Part shown: positions 40,280 through 52,124 of the stretch, piece by piece | Position numbering within the stretch: position 1 is the stretch's first letter | Layout: each line of letters opens with the position of its first letter | NCBI GenBank assembly: GCA_033762915.1 | Contig: JANRLD010000007.1 | Span: 32,001-96,000, forward strand | From: Meiothermus sp. | Lineage (GTDB): Bacteria; Deinococcota; Deinococci; Deinococcales; Thermaceae | Direction of reading: 5' to 3' | Length of the DNA: 64,000 nt | The notes under the pieces: model-generated | Databases searched by the model: none | What the model was told of the DNA's origin: nothing | The model's input: the letters and a program-made list of their open reading frames with translations, nothing else | Position numbers and translations under genes: made by a program

Positions 40280-40660
40280 TCAGTGCAGCGGCGCGAACAG
40301 GTCTACGGTGTGGCCGTCGGGGTCGCGAACCTGGGCGTAGCGCTGGCCCCAGAAAGCGTCCCAGGGGGCCTTGTGGCCCCGGTAGCCCACGCCGACCAGC
40401 TCGGCGTATTTGGCGTCCACAGCGGCGGGGCTGTCGCACAGGTAGGCTCCCGCGTGGCCGGGGTGAGGCTGGTAGTCGGGGTCAAAGCTGCGGATCACAT
40501 CGAGGCTGTCCCAGGCGAACCGTAAGCCTCCTGGCAGCGTCACCTCGACGTGGCCCTCGAGGTCGGCTTCCGGCGGCAGCTCGAACCCTAGCCGCCGATA
40601 GAAAGCCAGAGAGGCCGCCATATCGCTGACCACAATGCCCACCATATCGAGCCTTATCAC
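40280..40660 (-). CDS. VOC/glyoxalase family protein
   Basis: SLAFYRRLG, PWDAFWGQRYAQVRDPDG; GGAGG RBS. Confidence 0.9.
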   Translation of the reverse strand: MIRLDMVGIVVSDMAASLAFYRRLGFELPPEADLEGHVEVTLPGGLRFAWDSLDVIRSFDPDYQPHPGHAGAYLCDSPAAVDAKYAELVGVGYRGHKAPWDAFWGQRYAQVRDPDGHTVDLFAPLH

Positions 40661-40743
40661 GCCCACCTCCGTTATGGTAATAGCATAACACGAAGGGCCG
40701 ACCCCCTCAGCTCCCTAGAGGCTGTAAGCCGCGCCTGAAACCC

Positions 40744-41898
40744 TTAGCGCTCGAGCCTCGAGTCTGGACGAACCCGCTCCGGCACGAAGAAGGTCATCAC
40801 CACGGTTGCGGCGGGCAGCAGGGTGATGAGGGTCATGGCTGCGGCCAGCCCCTGGGCGTCGGCGAAGCCGCCCAGCGCCGCCACGCCCAGCCCGGTGGCC
40901 CCGTAAGAGGTGCCCAGCGAGAGTCCTGAGGCCAGCCCCACATTGTTGGGCATGGCTTCCTGGATCATCACCACGATGATCGGCCAGGCCATGCTGGTGA
41001 AGATCCCGGCAGCGGCGATGAAGACCATCTGGAGCACACCGCTGCTGTGCAAAAAGCCGTAGAGCAGGCCCAGCGCCACCAGCGCCGAGAGCCCCATGGT
41101 GACCTTCCGCCCGTAGCGGTCGGCCAGCACCCCGCCGGTGAGCGTGCCCACTGCCCCCGAGATTGCTGCCAGGGTGACCAGGAAGGCGGCGGCCTCCTTG
41201 GAGTAGTTCAGCTCGTGGAAGTACAGCGGGATGAAGGTCTGAAGACCGCCCATCACCGTGGCGCGGATGGTGATGAGCAGGATCAGGAAGGCCACCAGCC
41301 CGTAGGCGACCTGGGCGGCCTTGCCGGTGGCCCTGGCCTTCTTCACCCCGTCCTGGGCTATGGCCTTCCACTGGCTCCATAGCAAGAACAGCCCGATGGC
41401 GGTGGGGATCAGCATCAGCAGGCCGCCCGCCCGGCCCAGCCGCTCGATCAGCAGCGTGGCCGCGATCGGCCCCAGCGCGAAGCCGATGTTGCCGCCGGAG
41501 AAGAAGAGCGAGGTGGCGCTGGCGGCCCGCGCCCCGCTTACCGCCCTTACGCGGGCCAGCGCCTCCGGGTGGAACATCGCCGACCCCAGGCCCGACAGCA
41601 GCACCGCCCCCACCACCATCCAGTAGCTCGGCAGCCACAGCACCGTCACCATCATCAGTCCGGTCAGCAGGCAGCCCACCCAGACCATCCACTTGAAGCT
41701 CCTGCGGTCGCCCAGAATCCCGAACAGCGGCTGCGTGATGGCGATGATGACGTTGTTGGCGGTGATGATGGCCGCCGCCGCCGCGTAGTTGAGGTCGAAC
41801 GAGGCCAGCAGAAAAGGCAGCAGAATGGCCAGTGAGCCGGTCTGCATGTCCACCGATATGTGCGCGGCGGTGATCGCGCTGAGCGGTTTACGCTGCAT
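40744..41898 (-). CDS. MFS transporter (Fsr-like)
   Basis: QPLFGILGDR, GSAMFHPE, GGVLADRYGRK; about 12 TM. Confidence 0.9.
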   Translation of the reverse strand: MQRKPLSAITAAHISVDMQTGSLAILLPFLLASFDLNYAAAAAIITANNVIIAITQPLFGILGDRRSFKWMVWVGCLLTGLMMVTVLWLPSYWMVVGAVLLSGLGSAMFHPEALARVRAVSGARAASATSLFFSGGNIGFALGPIAATLLIERLGRAGGLLMLIPTAIGLFLLWSQWKAIAQDGVKKARATGKAAQVAYGLVAFLILLITIRATVMGGLQTFIPLYFHELNYSKEAAAFLVTLAAISGAVGTLTGGVLADRYGRKVTMGLSALVALGLLYGFLHSSGVLQMVFIAAAGIFTSMAWPIIVVMIQEAMPNNVGLASGLSLGTSYGATGLGVAALGGFADAQGLAAAMTLITLLPAATVVMTFFVPERVRPDSRLER

Positions 41899-42113
41899 GA
41901 AGGTACTCTAAACCCCAAGAATGATCGGGCCAAACTCGAGCCGCCCGTGCCGAAGAATCTTTAGCTGAGGCTGGCGGCGAGGCCCGGGCCTGCCCTGATC
42001 TGCCACGCGATGCTCGAGCGGGCCTAAACTCCGGTGCTGGCAGGCGTAGATGTGCAGCCACCTCATCCCTTGCGGGCTGAATGCCCCGGCCGGAATCATT
42101 ACAATGAACCACC

Positions 42114-44861
42114 ATGCTACCTGCCAACTTTCCCACCGTGGACGCCAGAGAACTCGAGCGCGACCTCGAATTGCTGACGGGCTGCCTGCGGGAGGTGCTG
42201 CGCGAGGCGGGCGAGGCCGAGGCCGCCCAGAGCCTGGACCCGGTCGCCCCCTGGGAAGCCGGGCAGCTGGTTCCCGAGACCCACGTCCGCGCGGCCTCGA
42301 TAGCGTTCCAGCTGCTGGGCGTGGCCGAGCGACGTGCGGCGGCCCGTCAGCGTCTGCGGGTCGAACGGGAACGGGTTTTGGCAGGGCCGCCCGCGCTGTG
42401 GGGCGACGCGCTGCGCGAGCTGAAGTCGGCAGGGCTGGACGACTCGAAAATCGCTGCGCAGCTGGGAGGCGTGCAGGTGGAGGTGGTGCTGACCGCTCAC
42501 CCCACCGAGGCCCGGCGGGCCACTGTCCTCGAGCATCACCGGCGGCTCGAGTGGCTGCTGGAAGACCTCGACGATCCCCGCCGCTCGCCGTCTGAAGTCG
42601 CCGAGGCCCGCGAGGCCCTCAAGCTGGTGCTGGCGCTGCTGTGGCGCACCGGCGACGTGCATTTCGAGCGGCCCCAGGTAGCGGCAGAGCGGCGCTCGAC
42701 GCTTTACTACCTGCGGCGGGTCTTTCCCCCCGCCGTGGGTCGGGTCGATGCGCGTCTGCGGCGGGCCTGGGCCGAGGCTGGATTGTCCGGGCACCTCGAG
42801 GCGCTGCCGGTGGTGCGCTTCGGGACGTGGGTAGGCGGCGACCGCGACGGCCACCCCTTCGTGACCCCGGAGGTGACCCAGGAGAGCCTGCTCGAGCTGC
42901 GGGTGCAGGCCCTCGAGCGGGTCCAAGAAGACCTGGCGGGCCTGGCGGCTCAGCTAAGCCTGTCGGAGTACCTGCAGCCCGCCCCGCAGGAGCTGAAGGA
43001 CTTTCTGGCGGGGGCTGCGAGCCGGCTGGGCGGACGCGGCCGGGCGGCCCTCGAGCGCAACCCCGCCGAGCCTTGGCGGCAGGCTGTGGGCCTGATGCTG
43101 GCCCGCCTGCCGCTGGAAGGCGGACGGCTCACGGACAGCCCCGAGCGCTACCGCGAGGCCGGAGAACTGGAGGCCGACCTCCGGGCGCTCCAGGGCTGGT
43201 TGGTCCAGGCTGGGGCCGGACGTGTGGCTGCCCAGGCTGTCGGCCCGGTGCTGCGGGGCCTGGAGTCCTTCGGGTTCCACCTGGCCGCGCTGGACCTTCG
43301 GCAGAACAGCCGCACCCACGAGTTGGCGGCGGGCCAGATGCTGCGGGCGGCCGGCCTTTCGGAGGCCGACTACGAAAACTGGAGTGAGGCGCGTCGGCTC
43401 GAGCTGCTCGAGCGTGAGCTGGCCTCGCCCCGGCCCCTGGTGCGCCTTGGGGGCAGCGTCGGGCCAGAAGCCGACGTGGTGCTGGGCAGCTACCAGACCC
43501 TGGCCCGTCACCGCGAGCGGTACGGGCTGGCTGGGGTGGGGGCGACCATAGTGAGCATGACCCGCAGCCTCTCAGACTTGCTGCTGGTCTACCTGTTCGC
43601 CCGCGAAGCCGGTCTGCTCGAGGAAACCCCCCAGGGCGTGGCCTGTCCCCTGCCCGTGGTGCCGCTCTTCGAGACCATCGAAGACCTCGAGCGCAGCCCC
43701 GCCATCCTCGAGGCCTTCCTGGCCCACCCCTTAACCCGGCGCAGCCTGGCCCACCAGCAGGGTATACGGCCCCAGCCGGTGCAGCAGGTGATGGTCGGCT
43801 ACAGCGACTCCAACAAGGACGGCGGCCTGGTAGCGAGCCTGTGGGGCCTTTACCGTGCCCAGCAGGCCCTCGCCGGGGTGGGCGAGGCCCAGGGGGTGCG
43901 GCTGCGCTTCTTTCATGGTCGCGGGGGCACCATCAGCCGGGGCGCCGGCCCCACCCACCGCTTCATCAAGGCCGTCCCGGCGCGGGCGCTGCGCGGCGAC
44001 CTGCGCCTGACGGAGCAGGGCGAGGTGATCGGCCAGAAGTACGCCAATCCCGGTAGTGCTGCCTTCCACCTCGAGCTGCTGCTGGCCGGGACAGCCCGTA
44101 CCACGCTCCTGGAGGCTGCGGGCCGGGAGAACGCCGGGCAGCCCGCAGTGCCGCAGAGGCTGCACGAGGTCATGGACTCTCTGGCCCTTTGGAGCCGCCA
44201 GCACTACAGCGCGCTGCTCGGCAGCGAGGGCTTCCTGGAATTCTTCCTGGGGGCCACCCCAATCGACGCCATCGAGGAGAACCGCATCGGCTCGCGCCCG
44301 CCGCGCCGCACGGGCCGCCGCTCCATCTCCGACCTGCGGGCCATCCCCTGGGTGTTTAGCTGGGGTCAGTCGCGGTTCTTTTTGTCGGGCTGGTACGGGG
44401 TGGGGCACGCCCTCGAGCAACTCCGGCAGAGTTCTCCCGACCGCCTTGACGTCCTGAGGGAACACCTCTACGCCTGGGCACCGCTGCACTACGTCCTCAG
44501 CAACGCTGCCACCAGCGTGGCCCTGACTGACCCCGTGGTGATGCGTGGCTACGCCGCCCTGGTCGAGGACGCGGCCCTGCGCCAACGCTTCATGGGGCCC
44601 CTCGAGGCCGAGCTGGAGGGCACCCGAGCCCTGCTGGAGTACCTCTACGGCGGCCCCCTCTCCGAGCGCCGCCCCAACATTCATGGCCTCGTCGAGCTGC
44701 GGCGCGAGCCCCTCCGGCGGCTGCACGCCCAACAGCTCGAGCTGCTGTCGCTCTGGCGGGCCAGCCGCCGCGATGGCGACGAGGAGGGCGCCCGGCGGCT
44801 CCTGCCGCAACTGCTCCTGACCGTCAACGCCATCGCCAACGGCCTGGGGGCCACCGGCTGA
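42114..44861 (+). CDS. ppc: Phosphoenolpyruvate carboxylase
   Basis: LTAHPTE, WVGGDRDGHP, VPLFET, GYSDSNKDGG, FHGRGG, LRAIPWVF. Confidence 0.95.
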   Translation: MLPANFPTVDARELERDLELLTGCLREVLREAGEAEAAQSLDPVAPWEAGQLVPETHVRAASIAFQLLGVAERRAAARQRLRVERERVLAGPPALWGDALRELKSAGLDDSKIAAQLGGVQVEVVLTAHPTEARRATVLEHHRRLEWLLEDLDDPRRSPSEVAEAREALKLVLALLWRTGDVHFERPQVAAERRSTLYYLRRVFPPAVGRVDARLRRAWAEAGLSGHLEALPVVRFGTWVGGDRDGHPFVTPEVTQESLLELRVQALERVQEDLAGLAAQLSLSEYLQPAPQELKDFLAGAASRLGGRGRAALERNPAEPWRQAVGLMLARLPLEGGRLTDSPERYREAGELEADLRALQGWLVQAGAGRVAAQAVGPVLRGLESFGFHLAALDLRQNSRTHELAAGQMLRAAGLSEADYENWSEARRLELLERELASPRPLVRLGGSVGPEADVVLGSYQTLARHRERYGLAGVGATIVSMTRSLSDLLLVYLFAREAGLLEETPQGVACPLPVVPLFETIEDLERSPAILEAFLAHPLTRRSLAHQQGIRPQPVQQVMVGYSDSNKDGGLVASLWGLYRAQQALAGVGEAQGVRLRFFHGRGGTISRGAGPTHRFIKAVPARALRGDLRLTEQGEVIGQKYANPGSAAFHLELLLAGTARTTLLEAAGRENAGQPAVPQRLHEVMDSLALWSRQHYSALLGSEGFLEFFLGATPIDAIEENRIGSRPPRRTGRRSISDLRAIPWVFSWGQSRFFLSGWYGVGHALEQLRQSSPDRLDVLREHLYAWAPLHYVLSNAATSVALTDPVVMRGYAALVEDAALRQRFMGPLEAELEGTRALLEYLYGGPLSERRPNIHGLVELRREPLRRLHAQQLELLSLWRASRRDGDEEGARRLLPQLLLTVNAIANGLGATG

Positions 44862-44879
44862 GCGGGGCTAGGCGGCGCG

Positions 44880-46001
44880 TCAGCCCGCGACCCGGATGTA
44901 CTGGCCCAGCCGCTCCACCGCCAGCTCGATCTCCTCGGCCTTTTTGCAGAAGGCGAAGCGGAACAGCCCTTCGGGGGCGGGGCTGTCGACGTAGAAGGCG
45001 CTGCCGGGGATGATGGTCACCTTGGCCTCCCTGACCAGCACCTCGGCATCAAGGTCGGGCAGTCTAGCGGTGAGGAAGTAGGTCCCGGCGGGGTCGAAGG
45101 TTTGAACCCCCAGCGACTTCAGCCCTTGCAGCAGCAAGTCCTTGCGCCTGCCGTACTTCTCGCGTAGCTCGGCGTAGTAGCCCTGGCTGCGGGCCAGAGG
45201 CAACGCCTCAGCCACTGCGGCCTGGAGCGGCGAGGCCGAGCAGAACGAGGCCCACTGCCGCATCCCGGCGATCTGGCCGGACAGCCCCGGCGGGCAAGCG
45301 ATCCAGCCGACGCGCCAGCCAGTGGCCTCGAGCCGTTTTCCTGCCGAGCCCACGGTGAAGGTGCGCTCCGGCGCGAACGCGCGGGTCTTGAGGGGTGGGT
45401 CGGCGAAGTACAGCTCGTCGTACACCTCGTCGCTGATGATCCAGAGGTCGTGGGCTCGTGCCAGGGCGACGATGCGCTCGAGTTCAGCTTGGCTGAAGAT
45501 CGAACCCGTCGGGTTGTACGGCGCGTTGATGATGATGGCCCTGGCGCGGGGGGTGATGGCAGCCTCGAGGGCGGCCAGGTCCACCTCCCACCGATCGCCC
45601 AACCTCATCGGCACCAGCACCGGCGTGGCCCCTGCCATGATGGACTGGGGGATATAGACGTCGAAGTACGGCTCGAACATCAGCACTTCGTCGCCGGGCC
45701 CGTACAGCGACTCCGCCAGCGCGTGTAGCGCCTCGGTCGCCCCCGCCGTGATCACCACATCTTCCATAGCCACGCCCAGGTCCTGGGCCACCGCCTCGCG
45801 CAGCACCGGCAGCCCGATGGGGGGGCTGTACTGATCTACCGTTCCGATGGCGCGGCGGGCGGCCTCGAGCAGGAAGGCGGGCGGCGGGTTGGAGGGGAAG
45901 CCCTGTCCCAGGTTGACCGCCCCGTGCTTCTGGGCGAGCAGGGTCATGTAGCCGAAGATGCTCGGCTTGGAGACGCTGGTTCGGCTGTGGAGCGCTGGCA
46001 T
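44880..46001 (-). CDS. PLP-dependent class I aminotransferase (YbdL-like)
   Basis: NLGQGFP, YNPTG, ISDEVY, SAGK..TGWRVG. Confidence 0.92.
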   Translation of the reverse strand: MPALHSRTSVSKPSIFGYMTLLAQKHGAVNLGQGFPSNPPPAFLLEAARRAIGTVDQYSPPIGLPVLREAVAQDLGVAMEDVVITAGATEALHALAESLYGPGDEVLMFEPYFDVYIPQSIMAGATPVLVPMRLGDRWEVDLAALEAAITPRARAIIINAPYNPTGSIFSQAELERIVALARAHDLWIISDEVYDELYFADPPLKTRAFAPERTFTVGSAGKRLEATGWRVGWIACPPGLSGQIAGMRQWASFCSASPLQAAVAEALPLARSQGYYAELREKYGRRKDLLLQGLKSLGVQTFDPAGTYFLTARLPDLDAEVLVREAKVTIIPGSAFYVDSPAPEGLFRFAFCKKAEEIELAVERLGQYIRVAG

Positions 46002-46227
46002 GAGGCTATGAGGATACCACTAAGTGTCCCGATAGTTGAACTGCGAGAAGGCGCACCGAAACGCCCGTAGGGAGTACGCCAGGAACGTCAGTGTTGCACC
46101 CTCTGGTGGCGCAGATTCACCCTGGCTTAGTGGGGGAAGGTTGAAGGCCGGGAGGTTGCCGGTCGCAGGGTTGCGCCTTGGGCTTTCGGCGGCTGATTCC
46201 AGCCCTCTGCCCCCACCTCCGTATTGA

Positions 46228-47427
<1,200 letters not shown>

Positions 47428-47567
47428 GAGTCAGAGGAAGGCGGTCAGTGAGAATCAAAACCACTCTTTTTGCCTTCACTGTCCGCTGACCACTCACCAC
47501 TGGCCTCTCTAAACTGCCGAGTTGAAAGCTGCCGAATACCTCCAAACCCACGCAAGGAGCCGTACCC

Positions 47568-49955
47568 ATGAAAATCGTCTATAGCTGGCTCAGAGAATTT
47601 CTGCCCGAAGCGCCTAGCCCGGAGCGCCTCGAGGAGCTACTGGCGGGCCTGGGGCACGAGGCGGAGAACATCCAGCACCTCGGCTCGCCCGACGGCAAGA
47701 TCGTGTTCGCTCGAGTGCTGTCGGTCGAGGCCATCGAGGGCGCGGAAGTGCGAAGGGTCGTCCTCGACATCGGGCGCGAGGTGCAGGTGGTCTCCGGCGC
47801 CCCCAACGTAAGGGCCGGGATGGGGGTCGTGCTGGCGCTGCCGGGCGCGACCCTGCCCAACGGGATGACGCTTACCGCCCGCAAGATGGTGGGCCTCGAG
47901 TCCTACGGGATGGCCCTGTCGCCCAAGGAGCTGGGCGTGGGCGAGTTCGGCGGGGGGCTGATGGAGCTTCACGCCGACTCGCTGCCGCCCGGAACGCCGC
48001 TGGCCGAGGCCTGGCTGCCGGAGAGCGTCTTCGACCTCGAGATCACCCCCAACCGCCCCGATGTGCTCTCGCACTACGGCCTGGCTCGGGACCTGGCCGC
48101 GCTGGGCATGACCCTGATGCCCCCCGACCCGCGGCCCAAGGGTCTGGACATCCCGGTGCCGTACAAGGTTTGGATTGAAGACACCCAGGGCTGCGACCGC
48201 TTCACCCTCAGCTGCGCCCGTGGCATCACCATCGCCCCCTCCCCGCTGGCGGCCCAGCAGCGGCTCTACGCGGCGGGCATGCGCCCCATCTCCAACATTG
48301 TCGACGCCACCAACTACGTCATGCTCGAGCTGGGCAACCCCATGCACGCCTACGATGGCGGCTACATCAAGGACGGCCTCTACGTGCGTCGGGCCCGGCC
48401 CGGCGAAGGCCTCACCACCCTGGACGGCGTGGAGCGCAAGGTGGACGGGCGCGACCTGCTGATCTGCGTTCGCGACGGCTCCGAGACCCGCGCCGCGGGC
48501 CTCGCGGGCATCATGGGCGGGGCCGACGACGAGATTCGAGAGACCACCACTGAGGTGGCCCTCGAGGTAGCCCACTTCGACCCGGTGAGCGTGCGCCTGA
48601 CCGCCCGCCGCCAGGGCCTCAAGACTGAGGCCTCATACCGCTTCGAGCGCGGGGTGGACTGGGACGGCCAGTTGGTGGCGGCGCGGCGCTTTCTCGAGCT
48701 GGCCCAGTTGTGGGCGGGCGCGGAGGTTTCGGAACATCAGCTCGACCTCGACCACGTCCAGCGCCCCGAGCCGATCTCCTTCCGCCCCGACTACACCAAC
48801 CGCCTGGTGGGCTTCGAGACCCCGGTGAGCGCCGCCGACCAGCTCGAGATTCTGCGCAGCCTGGGCTGCCGCACCGAGGAGGCCCCCCGCCGCTTCAAGG
48901 TGCACGGCAAGAATCAGGAGGAAGAGGCTTACCTGGTCACCCCGCCCAGCCACCGCATCGCCGACCTGAACATCGAGGAAGACCTGGTGGAGGAGGTGGC
49001 TCGAGTCATCGGCTACGACAAGCTGCCCAACACCCTCCCGGCCTTCTTCCCCGCGCCGGACAACATCGGCGTGGAGGCCGGCTACCTCGCCAAGGAGCGG
49101 CTAAAGGCGGTGCTCGAGGGGCTGGGCTTCCAGGAGGTGGTCAACTATAGCTGGACTTCGGCGGAAGAACTCGCCAAGTACCGTGCCCCGGCCCCCACGG
49201 TGGACTTCCAGAATCCCCAAGCCTCCGACAAAACCCACCTCCGCACCGCCCTGTATCCGGGCCTGCTGCACAACCTCGAGGTCAACCAGGTCCAGGGCGA
49301 GGCGGGGCCGTTCCTGTTCTTCGAGATCGGCAACATCTTCCACGGCAGCGAGACCACCTGCGTCGCGCTGATGCTGTGCGGCGAGAGCGTGACCGGACGC
49401 TGGCAGCCGGGTCTGGGCGGCGGGTTTTATGCGCTGAAGGGGCTCTTGGAGGCTGCCGCACTGCAACTGGGCGCACAGGTGAAAGTTGAGAAAGAGGACT
49501 TTGGCCACCTGCACCCCGGCGTTTCTGGCGCCGTAGTTTGGAATGGTCAGAAGGTTGGCTCTATTGGTCAGGTTCACCCCGCCGTACTGGCCTCTGCCGA
49601 ACTGCCCACCGCCTACGTGGCCGAACTCGAGTTCCCCCTGCCCGAGGGCCACATCCCCTTCAAGGACATCGCCCGCTTCCCAGCCTCGCTGCGCGATGTG
49701 GCGGTGCTGGTTCCCGAGCGGGCCACCTACGCTGAGGTTGAGGCTCTGATTCGCGGCAACGCGGGGGGGCTGCTCGAGGAGCTAGAAATCTTCGACATTT
49801 ACCGGGGCAGGCCGCTAGAGCCGGGCCAGAAGAGCTTGGCCTTCCACCTGACCTTCCGCCACCCCGAACGCACCCTGACCGACACCGAGACCGACGGCTT
49901 CATGCAGGCGGTGATCGGGGCGATTGAGGGCGCGGGCTACGCGATTCGGAAGTAA
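47568..49955 (+). CDS. pheT: Phenylalanine-tRNA ligase beta subunit
   Basis: EITPNRPD, RFERGVD, DLVEEVAR, C-terminal anticodon-binding domain. Confidence 0.97.
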   Translation: MKIVYSWLREFLPEAPSPERLEELLAGLGHEAENIQHLGSPDGKIVFARVLSVEAIEGAEVRRVVLDIGREVQVVSGAPNVRAGMGVVLALPGATLPNGMTLTARKMVGLESYGMALSPKELGVGEFGGGLMELHADSLPPGTPLAEAWLPESVFDLEITPNRPDVLSHYGLARDLAALGMTLMPPDPRPKGLDIPVPYKVWIEDTQGCDRFTLSCARGITIAPSPLAAQQRLYAAGMRPISNIVDATNYVMLELGNPMHAYDGGYIKDGLYVRRARPGEGLTTLDGVERKVDGRDLLICVRDGSETRAAGLAGIMGGADDEIRETTTEVALEVAHFDPVSVRLTARRQGLKTEASYRFERGVDWDGQLVAARRFLELAQLWAGAEVSEHQLDLDHVQRPEPISFRPDYTNRLVGFETPVSAADQLEILRSLGCRTEEAPRRFKVHGKNQEEEAYLVTPPSHRIADLNIEEDLVEEVARVIGYDKLPNTLPAFFPAPDNIGVEAGYLAKERLKAVLEGLGFQEVVNYSWTSAEELAKYRAPAPTVDFQNPQASDKTHLRTALYPGLLHNLEVNQVQGEAGPFLFFEIGNIFHGSETTCVALMLCGESVTGRWQPGLGGGFYALKGLLEAAALQLGAQVKVEKEDFGHLHPGVSGAVVWNGQKVGSIGQVHPAVLASAELPTAYVAELEFPLPEGHIPFKDIARFPASLRDVAVLVPERATYAEVEALIRGNAGGLLEELEIFDIYRGRPLEPGQKSLAFHLTFRHPERTLTDTETDGFMQAVIGAIEGAGYAIRK

Positions 49956-50080
49956 GCCCAAATCGGCACCTTGCGCCGGGAGTCCCCGTACTCCCGGCGG
50001 TCCCTCAGTCAGGTGCACGGGAAGTTGGCCCAGGCCCTCGAAGGGAACTCCTCCGTACAGCGCATTGGTGTCAATTGCTG

Positions 50081-50305
50081 TCACTTGGCCTGGGGCCCAA
50101 GCCACAGGGATTCTTCCGACGGCCTTACCCGGCGCAGCTCGAGCCGCATACGCCACCACAGTCGCAGCCAATTAAAGCCCCTGGCCTGGGCCAGCCGGGG
50201 CGTGTACTCGGCCCGGATCATCTGGCTCTGCTCGAGGCACCGCCGCTGGAATTCCTGATCGCTCTCCAGACGTTTTCTGCCGTCCTAGACGAAATATTGT
50301 CTCAC
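50081..50305 (-). pseudogene. Small hypothetical gene interrupted by in-frame TAG at codon 7
   Basis: Translates VRQYFV*DGRKRLESDQEFQRRCLEQSQMIRAEYTPRLAQARGFNWLRLWWRMRLELRRVRPSEESLWLGPQAK; not in the ORF track. Confidence 0.55.
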
Positions 50306-50332
50306 GGCATCACCCGTTTAAGGGTAGCACAC

Positions 50333-50959
50333 CTAGCCTTTTCCTTCCGCGTGGCGCTGCTGGTACAGCTCGAGCAGGGCCTGGTAGTGCTCGATGGACA
50401 GTCTGGGCTGGTCGTAGAAGCCGGCCTCGAGCCGCTGCCTTTGCGCCTCGAACAGCACTACGGCGGCGGCCACCGATACATTCAGGCTCTGGACCATGCC
50501 GAACATCGGGACGATGATGTGACCGTCCGCCGAGTTCGCCGCCTCCTCCGACACGCCCCACTTCTCGGCCCCCAGCAGGATGCAACTGGGCCGGGTGTAG
50601 TCCACCGTGCGGTAGTCCACTGCGCTTTCGGAGAGGTGGGCGGCGTAGACCTTGAACCCTCGAGCCCTGAGGTGCCCGAAGGCGTCGGCGGTGGTCTTGT
50701 GGGTTTGTAGAAATACCCATTTGGCCGCCGAGGCCGAGGTGTCGTTGAAGGTGCGGCCTTGGAGGCTTAGGTCCTCCTCGAGGCTGGGCAGGCCCTTGTT
50801 GGGCGGCACGGCGTGGGCCTCGAGCACCCCCACCGCGTCGCAAGTGCGCAGGATGGCCGAGAGGTTGTGCGGCTTGTTGACTGATTCCATCAGCACAGTC
50901 AGGTCGGGCTGCCGCCGGTCGAGCAGGGCCTTGATTTTGGCGAGGCGTTCTTCGGTCAC
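50333..50959 (-). CDS. trmH: tRNA (guanosine(18)-2'-O)-methyltransferase
   Basis: [40 protein letters not shown]poU motifs. Confidence 0.93.
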   Translation of the reverse strand: MTEERLAKIKALLDRRQPDLTVLMESVNKPHNLSAILRTCDAVGVLEAHAVPPNKGLPSLEEDLSLQGRTFNDTSASAAKWVFLQTHKTTADAFGHLRARGFKVYAAHLSESAVDYRTVDYTRPSCILLGAEKWGVSEEAANSADGHIIVPMFGMVQSLNVSVAAAVVLFEAQRQRLEAGFYDQPRLSIEHYQALLELYQQRHAEGKG

Positions 50960-50983
50960 GGCGCTACAGTTTACAATCCCCCC

Positions 50984-51943
50984 ATGAACGCCATCGTCGT
51001 ACGGCAGCACGGCGGCCCCGAGGTTTTGGAGTGGCTCGAGACCCCCGACCCGGTTCCCGGTGCGGGAGAGGTGCTGGTTCGCACCACCCTAACCGGCCTC
51101 AACTTCGCCGACCTGCAGTCGCGGCGCGGCGGCTACGATGCGGGCGGGGCGTTGCCGTTCACCCCTGGCTTGGACGTTGTGGGGATAGTCGAGGCTGTGG
51201 GGGAGGGGGTGAGTCTGCCGATCGGGCAGAGGGTGGTGGCCTTCGCGGCGGCGGGCTCGTATGCAGAAAAGGTGCTGGCCAAGGCAGTGCTGACCTACCC
51301 GATTCCCGATGCCCTTTCCGACGAGCAGGTCTCCGGCCTGACCGCGCTGGTGACGGCCTATAACCTGCTCCACTGGGCGGCCAGGGTACAGCGTGGTGAG
51401 ACCGTACTGATTCACGCTGCGGCCGGGGGCGTGGGCGGTCTGGCGGTGCAGATGGCCAAGGCCTTTGGGGCGAGGGTGATGGGGACGGCAGGAACTGAGG
51501 ACAAGCTCGAGTACATCCGCAGCCTCGGGGCCGACCACGCCTTTACCTATGAGGGTTTTCCGCAGAAGGTTTTGCAGGTTGCCAAGGCCGGAGCTGACGT
51601 GATCCTCGACTCGCTATCGGGCGAAACCTTCAACCTCGGCCTGACCTGTCTGGCCCCCTTCGGCCGAATGGTGGTCTATGGCCACGCCGGCGGCGAGGCC
51701 GGAACCTTCGATACCCGTCCGTTGCACCGCCAGACCAAGGCCGTGATCGGCTATAGCAGCGGGCACTACCGGCGCTCGAGACCCGAGCTGCTGCGCCCGA
51801 CGGTAGAGGCGGTGTTCGGGTTGCTGGAGCGGGGCGAGGTGCGGCTCGAGGTGGGCGCACGCTTCAAGCTGTCAGAGGCCGCCCAGGCCCATGCCCTGAT
51901 GGAGAACCGCCAGAGCCGGGGCAAACTTCTGCTGTATCCCTGA
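50984..51943 (+). CDS. Quinone oxidoreductase (MDR family)
   Basis: [24 protein letters not shown]. Confidence 0.92.
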   Translation: MNAIVVRQHGGPEVLEWLETPDPVPGAGEVLVRTTLTGLNFADLQSRRGGYDAGGALPFTPGLDVVGIVEAVGEGVSLPIGQRVVAFAAAGSYAEKVLAKAVLTYPIPDALSDEQVSGLTALVTAYNLLHWAARVQRGETVLIHAAAGGVGGLAVQMAKAFGARVMGTAGTEDKLEYIRSLGADHAFTYEGFPQKVLQVAKAGADVILDSLSGETFNLGLTCLAPFGRMVVYGHAGGEAGTFDTRPLHRQTKAVIGYSSGHYRRSRPELLRPTVEAVFGLLERGEVRLEVGARFKLSEAAQAHALMENRQSRGKLLLYP

Positions 51944-51944
51944 A

Positions 51945-51975
51945 TGAGAACGCCGCCCATCGGGCGGCGTTCTCA
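51945..51975. terminator. Hairpin between convergent qor and tRNA
   Basis: TGAGAACGCCGCCC-atc-GGGCGGCGTTCTCA perfect 14-bp stem. Confidence 0.75.
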
Positions 51976-51979
51976 CCTC

Positions 51980-52053
51980 TGGCTGGGGCACGTGGATTCG
52001 AACCACGATTGACGGATCCAGAGACCGTAGTCCTGCCATTAGACGATGCCCCA
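51980..52053 (-). tRNA. tRNA-Gln (CTG)
   Basis: TGGGGCA acceptor stem, anticodon loop CT-CTG-GA, GGTTCGAATCC T-arm, encoded CCA; 74 nt. Confidence 0.96.
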
Positions 52054-52071
52054 ACGGCCAGACAACTGGCT

Positions 52072-52100
52072 ATAGTACATAAGGAACGGCCCGCTGACAA
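52072..52100 (-). promoter_or_regulatory. Sigma-A promoter of tRNA-Gln
   Basis: TTGTCA-17 nt-TACTAT on the minus strand. Confidence 0.75.
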
Positions 52101-52124
52101 GGGTTCAGACTGGCCCCGGCCAGT

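Noticed and set aside
51980..52053. tRNA as a prophage/island integration site
   Set aside because: No integrase, and no duplicated tRNA 3' end was seen in the window
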